Positions 59,853 to 64,000 of a stretch of 64,000 bases of DNA are shown here, piece by piece. The DNA comes from Clostridia bacterium (lineage in GTDB: Bacteria > Bacillota > Clostridia > UBA1381 > UBA9506): assembly GCA_017415145.1 (NCBI GenBank), contig JAFQJE010000008.1, positions 3,771 through 67,770 of the forward strand, in the 5' to 3' direction. Under the pieces are notes generated by a model. It was not told the DNA's origin. It did not search any database and saw only the letters and a list, made by a program, of their open reading frames with translations. The position numbers and the translations under genes were made by a program. Every line of letters starts with the position of its first letter. Within the stretch, counting starts at the first letter, position 1.

Positions 59853-60402
59853 ATCTGCTTTCTATTAATTTCTTTACTTGAGGTACTCTGAATAAAAGCA
59901 GCGCACCGATTGTGGTAAGTATTAATTCAGGTAGCATATAGCTTCCGTTGTAGACTACTGAATACCAATAAACATTCCAACCATCAGGGCACCAAACTGC
60001 AAATACAATTGCACCTGAAATAAAGTGGGAAATAAATCTTACCACACACGCAAGTGCTACACCTGCACACATACCCACAGTTCCTTTGTTGCGCCAGATA
60101 CCCGCAAGTCCTATCGCACCAAATGCAACTATGTAGTCAAATACCACACATCCCATCCAAGTAAGGGGTGTCATACCATAACCCATAAGCTTTCCTAAAT
60201 CAAGGGCTATCTGCACAAAGGCATAAATTGACGATACAAATAGTCCTGTTTTTGTCCCATAGCAGATTGCAACTGCCGCTACCGGCAGCATACTAAGCAG
60301 TGTAATCGAACCACCTAATGGCAATTCATACACCTTTACCATAGAAAGTACCGCAGACAAAGCAATCATTACTGCAGAAAGGGTCATCTTTTTTGTTTTC
60401 AT
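59851..60402 (-). CDS. thiT: ECF S-component thiamine transporter ThiT
   Basis: PLGGSITL...DYIVAF...RFISHFISG...YSVVYNGSYMLPE; downstream of a TPP riboswitch; start at ATG 60402. Confidence 0.9.
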   Translation of the reverse strand: MKTKKMTLSAVMIALSAVLSMVKVYELPLGGSITLLSMLPVAAVAICYGTKTGLFVSSIYAFVQIALDLGKLMGYGMTPLTWMGCVVFDYIVAFGAIGLAGIWRNKGTVGMCAGVALACVVRFISHFISGAIVFAVWCPDGWNVYWYSVVYNGSYMLPELILTTIGALLLFRVPQVKKLIESR

Positions 60403-60420
60403 GTTTTCTCTTCCTCCCGT

Positions 60421-60565
60421 ATTAAAATAAAAGATGCACCCAATCCGGGTGCATCCAAAATACGAAAGATAAAAGTAACTCCCTTCGTTGGCATTACCCA
60501 AATCAGGTTATAAGGGTCGAAGTTAGATTACCTCATCTCAGTCCGCCTACGGACTCCCCTGTTAA
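60421..60565 (-). ncRNA. TPP riboswitch with terminator expression platform
   Basis: Minus strand reads AGGGGAG...CTGAGA...GACCCTT..AACCTGAT.TGGGTAATGCCA.CGAAGGGA, then GATGCACCC/GGGTGCATC-TTTT. Confidence 0.95.
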
Positions 60566-60586
60566 CAAGTTAATTTTAGCACGTAT

Positions 60587-62062
60587 TTATTCTTCTGTCA
60601 ATAGATTTTCAGGATTTTCTATGTTTTCTACAACTGACACAGGCATAGCGCTCTCAGAATCATAGGGCAAAACAATTGTAAAGGTACTGCCCTTTTCTTC
60701 CTCGCTGGATACTTCAATATATCCACCGTGAAGCTTTACTGCATCCATTGCAATAGACAAGCCAAGACCTGTGCCACCTGTATCACGGGCACGTGCTTTG
60801 TCTACTCTATAAAATCTGTCAAAGATTTTCTGTACTTCATCCTTGGGAATACCGATACCTGTATCGGAGATTCTTATTAGGATATTGCCCAGATCACGCA
60901 TAACCTCCATCTTAACTGTACCGCCATCTTCAGTATATTTGATGGAGTTATCAGCTATATTATAAACTGATTCTGTTATACTGTCACGGTCAATAGGTAT
61001 CAGTACATCATCGTCAGGTTTAGTAAGTGTAAAGCTGATTTCTTTATTTTCTGCCAACGGCATCAGCTTTTCATAAACCTCCTGTGCAATTTCGCAAACA
61101 GATGTAAATTCCTGTTTCATTCTGCTTGTCTGGTCCATCCTTGTAAGGTCTAAAAGACGCTCTACTATTCTTGTGAGCCTTTCAACCTCAGCACCCATAT
61201 CATTTAAGAATTCTTTTACGAACTGTGGGTCAGGGTGCGGTGTCTGTATCAGTGAATCAGACAACAACTTAATAATGGATAGAGGAGTTTTTAATTCGTG
61301 AGATGCATCTGATACGAATGCACGGCGTTTTTCTTCAAGCTCATCCACCCAGTCTATCAATTCATTAAATGCAGTAACAAGGTCACCGACCTCATCACGG
61401 CTTACTAAATCACACTTCTGGAGTTTGTCCTTGGGCATATCTTTAATAAATGTGGTTAGCTTTACAATGGGATTTGTAAGTACTGTTGCCACAAAAACAC
61501 CAAGAGCAAACACAAAGAGTATTATAATAATACCGAATATAAGTATCGACAATGTAATTCGGCTGATAAGTCCGTCAACATCGTCTCCTGAGGATGTTAC
61601 CAATACAGAGCCTATAGTATTACCGCCTTTAATAACAGGAACAGCAGCTTCAACAATCCATTCACCATCTACACTGTAAAATGATGATGTATTTGTGTTG
61701 TTAATCAAAACCTCAGTTACAGGGGCATAAACCAAAAGTTTTCCTGTATATCCGCCTTCTGTGTAGGAATCGTAAAATACCTTTGTCTGACTGTCTGTTA
61801 TAATAACACGGAATCCCGCCTCAACAGGCATAGTTTCCATTGATTTTGCAATTTTTTTCTCGTCAAATTCAGGTATATCAACACTTGCAACAATGTTTGC
61901 ACGCATCAATACCTCCTGTTTTTTCTGTTCCAGAAGATAAGTACGCAAGGTACTTATAGTATATGACGAAAGTATCAGCAAAACCAAAGTAGCAATAATA
62001 AGATATGTAGCTACGATTTTGTTCTTTATACTGAAAAGATTTTTCTTAAACTTCTTTAAAAT
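60587..62062 (-). CDS. Membrane sensor histidine kinase (HAMP-HisKA-HATPase), WalK/PhoR-like
   Basis: DASHELKTP, NIADNSIKYT, DTGIGIP, FDRFYRVD and GGTGLGL. The frame is open upstream to 62068; start uncertain (ATT 62062 or TTG 61987). Confidence 0.9.
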   Translation of the reverse strand: MLKKFKKNLFSIKNKIVATYLIIATLVLLILSSYTISTLRTYLLEQKKQEVLMRANIVASVDIPEFDEKKIAKSMETMPVEAGFRVIITDSQTKVFYDSYTEGGYTGKLLVYAPVTEVLINNTNTSSFYSVDGEWIVEAAVPVIKGGNTIGSVLVTSSGDDVDGLISRITLSILIFGIIIILFVFALGVFVATVLTNPIVKLTTFIKDMPKDKLQKCDLVSRDEVGDLVTAFNELIDWVDELEEKRRAFVSDASHELKTPLSIIKLLSDSLIQTPHPDPQFVKEFLNDMGAEVERLTRIVERLLDLTRMDQTSRMKQEFTSVCEIAQEVYEKLMPLAENKEISFTLTKPDDDVLIPIDRDSITESVYNIADNSIKYTEDGGTVKMEVMRDLGNILIRISDTGIGIPKDEVQKIFDRFYRVDKARARDTGGTGLGLSIAMDAVKLHGGYIEVSSEEEKGSTFTIVLPYDSESAMPVSVVENIENPENLLTEE

Positions 62063-62732
62063 AGTAACCTACCCCCCACTTTGTATGAATAAAGCGTGGT
62101 TCTGCAGGATTTTCCTCTATCTTTTCACGCAGACGACGAACATGAACATCAACTGTTCTGACATCTCCTGGATAATCATATCCCCAAACTATATCCAAAA
62201 GATTTTCTCTTGAATATACCTTACCTGCATTACATACAAAAAGGTCTATTAAGTCAAATTCCTTAGCCGTTAACTCAACAATACGCTCACCTATTGCAAC
62301 TCTTCTTAAATTGTAATCCAATGTCACAGTGCCTACATTTATCATAGAGTCCTGCTTTGAGACATTATCAACAGGTGTCATACGACGTAATACGGCCTTA
62401 ACCCTTGCCTTCAATTCCAAAATGTTAAAGGGTTTTGTTAAGTAGTCATCTGCACCGTATTCAAGACCTAAGATTTTATCCATATCCTCATTTTTTGCAG
62501 TAAGCATTATAATCGGAACGTTTGAAAATTCACGGATTTTCTGACATACCTCGTATCCATCAATTTTAGGAAGCATAAGGTCTAAAATGATAAGGTCAAT
62601 ACTCTTATCATAGGCGGTCTTTATTGCTTCTTCACCATCGTATGCACAAACAACATTATATCCGTCCTGCTCAAAATTATATTTTATACCTTTTACAAGA
62701 AGCTTTTCATCATCTACTATGAGAATTTTCAT
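62046..62732 (-). CDS. OmpR/PhoB-family response regulator (WalR-like)
   Basis: ILIVDDE, LDLMLP, GADDYLTKPF, RTVDVHVRRLREKIE and TKWGVGY. Confidence 0.95.
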   Translation of the reverse strand: MKILIVDDEKLLVKGIKYNFEQDGYNVVCAYDGEEAIKTAYDKSIDLIILDLMLPKIDGYEVCQKIREFSNVPIIMLTAKNEDMDKILGLEYGADDYLTKPFNILELKARVKAVLRRMTPVDNVSKQDSMINVGTVTLDYNLRRVAIGERIVELTAKEFDLIDLFVCNAGKVYSRENLLDIVWGYDYPGDVRTVDVHVRRLREKIEENPAEPRFIHTKWGVGYYFKEV

Positions 62733-62754
62733 AGTTCTGCCTCCATTCGTCTAT

Positions 62755-63942
62755 TTAAAGTGTCGCTTTGATTTCTTCTACTTTGTCAAGTCTTTCCCAG
62801 GGAAGATCAACATCGCATCTTCCAAAATGGCCATATGCCGCAGTCTGCTTATAGATGGGACGGCGGAGGTCAAGCATTTTGATAATACCTGCAGGACGAA
62901 GGTCAAAGCACTTTTTGATTGCTTCGTTTATCTTTTCTAATGCTACGTGCTCTGTGCCAAAAGTTTCAACAGAAACAGATACGGGTTCTGCTACACCAAT
63001 AGCATAAGCAATCTGTACCTCACACTTATCGCAAAGACCTGCTGCTACAATATTTTTGGCAACATATCTTCCTGCATAGGCTGCACTTCTGTCAACCTTT
63101 GTGGGGTCCTTACCTGAAAATGCACCGCCACCATGACGAGCATAACCACCATATGTATCAACAATAATCTTTCTGCCTGTGTGACCTGAGTCTCCGTTAG
63201 GTCCGCCTACTACAAAACGTCCTGTGGGGTTTATGTAATATTTTGTATTTTTTCTCAATAACTCTGCAGGGATTGTAGGTTTTATAACCTTTTCAATCAT
63301 ATCCTTTTCTATCGTTTTGTGGTCAACATCTTCTCCGTGCTGAGTTGAAATAACAACTGTATCGATGTATGCAGGCTTGCCATCTTCATCATAAGCTACT
63401 GTTACCTGTGATTTTCCATCAGGGCGAAGATAATTAAGCACGCCTTCTTTTCTGACTGCTGTAAGCTTTCTTGTTAATTTATGAGCAAGGCTTATAGCTA
63501 AAGGCATATACTCTTCTGTTTCGTTACAAGCATAACCAAACATCATACCCTGATCCCCCGCGCCTATTGAACTTATATCGTCTGTACCAAGCTTTGCCTC
63601 CAAAGACTTGTCAACGCCAAGTGCAATATCAGCAGACTGTTCGTCTATGGCTGTAATAACTGCACATGTATCGCAGTCAAAGCCGTATTTTGCACGGTCA
63701 TAACCGATTTCTCTTACACACTCCCTTACAACCTTTGGAATGTCAACATATGTAGTTGTAGAAATTTCTCCCACAACTAAAACAAGACCTGTTGTTACAG
63801 TTACCTCACAGGCAACTCTGCCCGCAGGGTCCTGTTTATAAATTTCATCCAACACGGCATCTGATAAAATATCCGCCATTTTATCGGGATGTCCCTCTGT
63901 TACTGATTCTGAAGTAAAAAGTTTAAATGCCATTTTATCCAT
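62755..63942 (-). CDS. metK: S-adenosylmethionine synthetase
   Basis: [27 protein letters not shown] and [16 protein letters not shown]. Confidence 0.98.
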   Translation of the reverse strand: MDKMAFKLFTSESVTEGHPDKMADILSDAVLDEIYKQDPAGRVACEVTVTTGLVLVVGEISTTTYVDIPKVVRECVREIGYDRAKYGFDCDTCAVITAIDEQSADIALGVDKSLEAKLGTDDISSIGAGDQGMMFGYACNETEEYMPLAISLAHKLTRKLTAVRKEGVLNYLRPDGKSQVTVAYDEDGKPAYIDTVVISTQHGEDVDHKTIEKDMIEKVIKPTIPAELLRKNTKYYINPTGRFVVGGPNGDSGHTGRKIIVDTYGGYARHGGGAFSGKDPTKVDRSAAYAGRYVAKNIVAAGLCDKCEVQIAYAIGVAEPVSVSVETFGTEHVALEKINEAIKKCFDLRPAGIIKMLDLRRPIYKQTAAYGHFGRCDVDLPWERLDKVEEIKATL

Positions 63943-64000
63943 CTCCTAAATTTATCTTTCGTAATTATACTTCCATTATGATAGGCAATATCATAGGTTT

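Noticed and set aside
60403-60501. N-terminal extension of thiT
   Set aside because: It overlaps the TPP riboswitch and its terminator; the real RBS and ATG are at 60402.
1105-62940. Numerous 60-167 aa antisense or alternate-frame ORFs in the track (e.g. 13930-14433, 29927-30415, 41586-42074, 44018-44335)
   Set aside because: Shadows of well-supported genes, with no recognisable motifs.

Overview
AT-rich chromosomal window from a spore-forming Clostridia-type Firmicute (sporulation genes dacB, dacF, ylmC/ymxH, ytxC-like; rpsB-tsf; rho; lon; recG; radA; metK). Most of it is core housekeeping, with no CRISPR, rRNA, tRNA, prophage or transposase. The standout is a 12-gene minus-strand operon (24240-36674): malate dehydrogenase, fumarase, HdrB/HdrC/HdrA, FlxD/C/B/A, an anchor-less fumarate reductase-type Fe-S/flavoprotein pair and an AspT/YidE/YbjL transporter. 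It lies behind a sigma-A promoter and a Rex-like operator, and looks like a cytoplasmic succinate pathway coupled to flavin-based electron bifurcation. Features missed by the ORF track include a 49-aa, 76% Asn/Gln repeat peptide directly downstream of rho, an H-type pseudoknot leader before the asp23-fakA-recG operon, a ~255-bp structured element after dacF, three GTTAG-N6-CTAAC boxes at feoAB, two further small ORFs, and a histidine kinase that appears to need a non-canonical start codon. All family calls come from motif recognition by eye; no searches were run.
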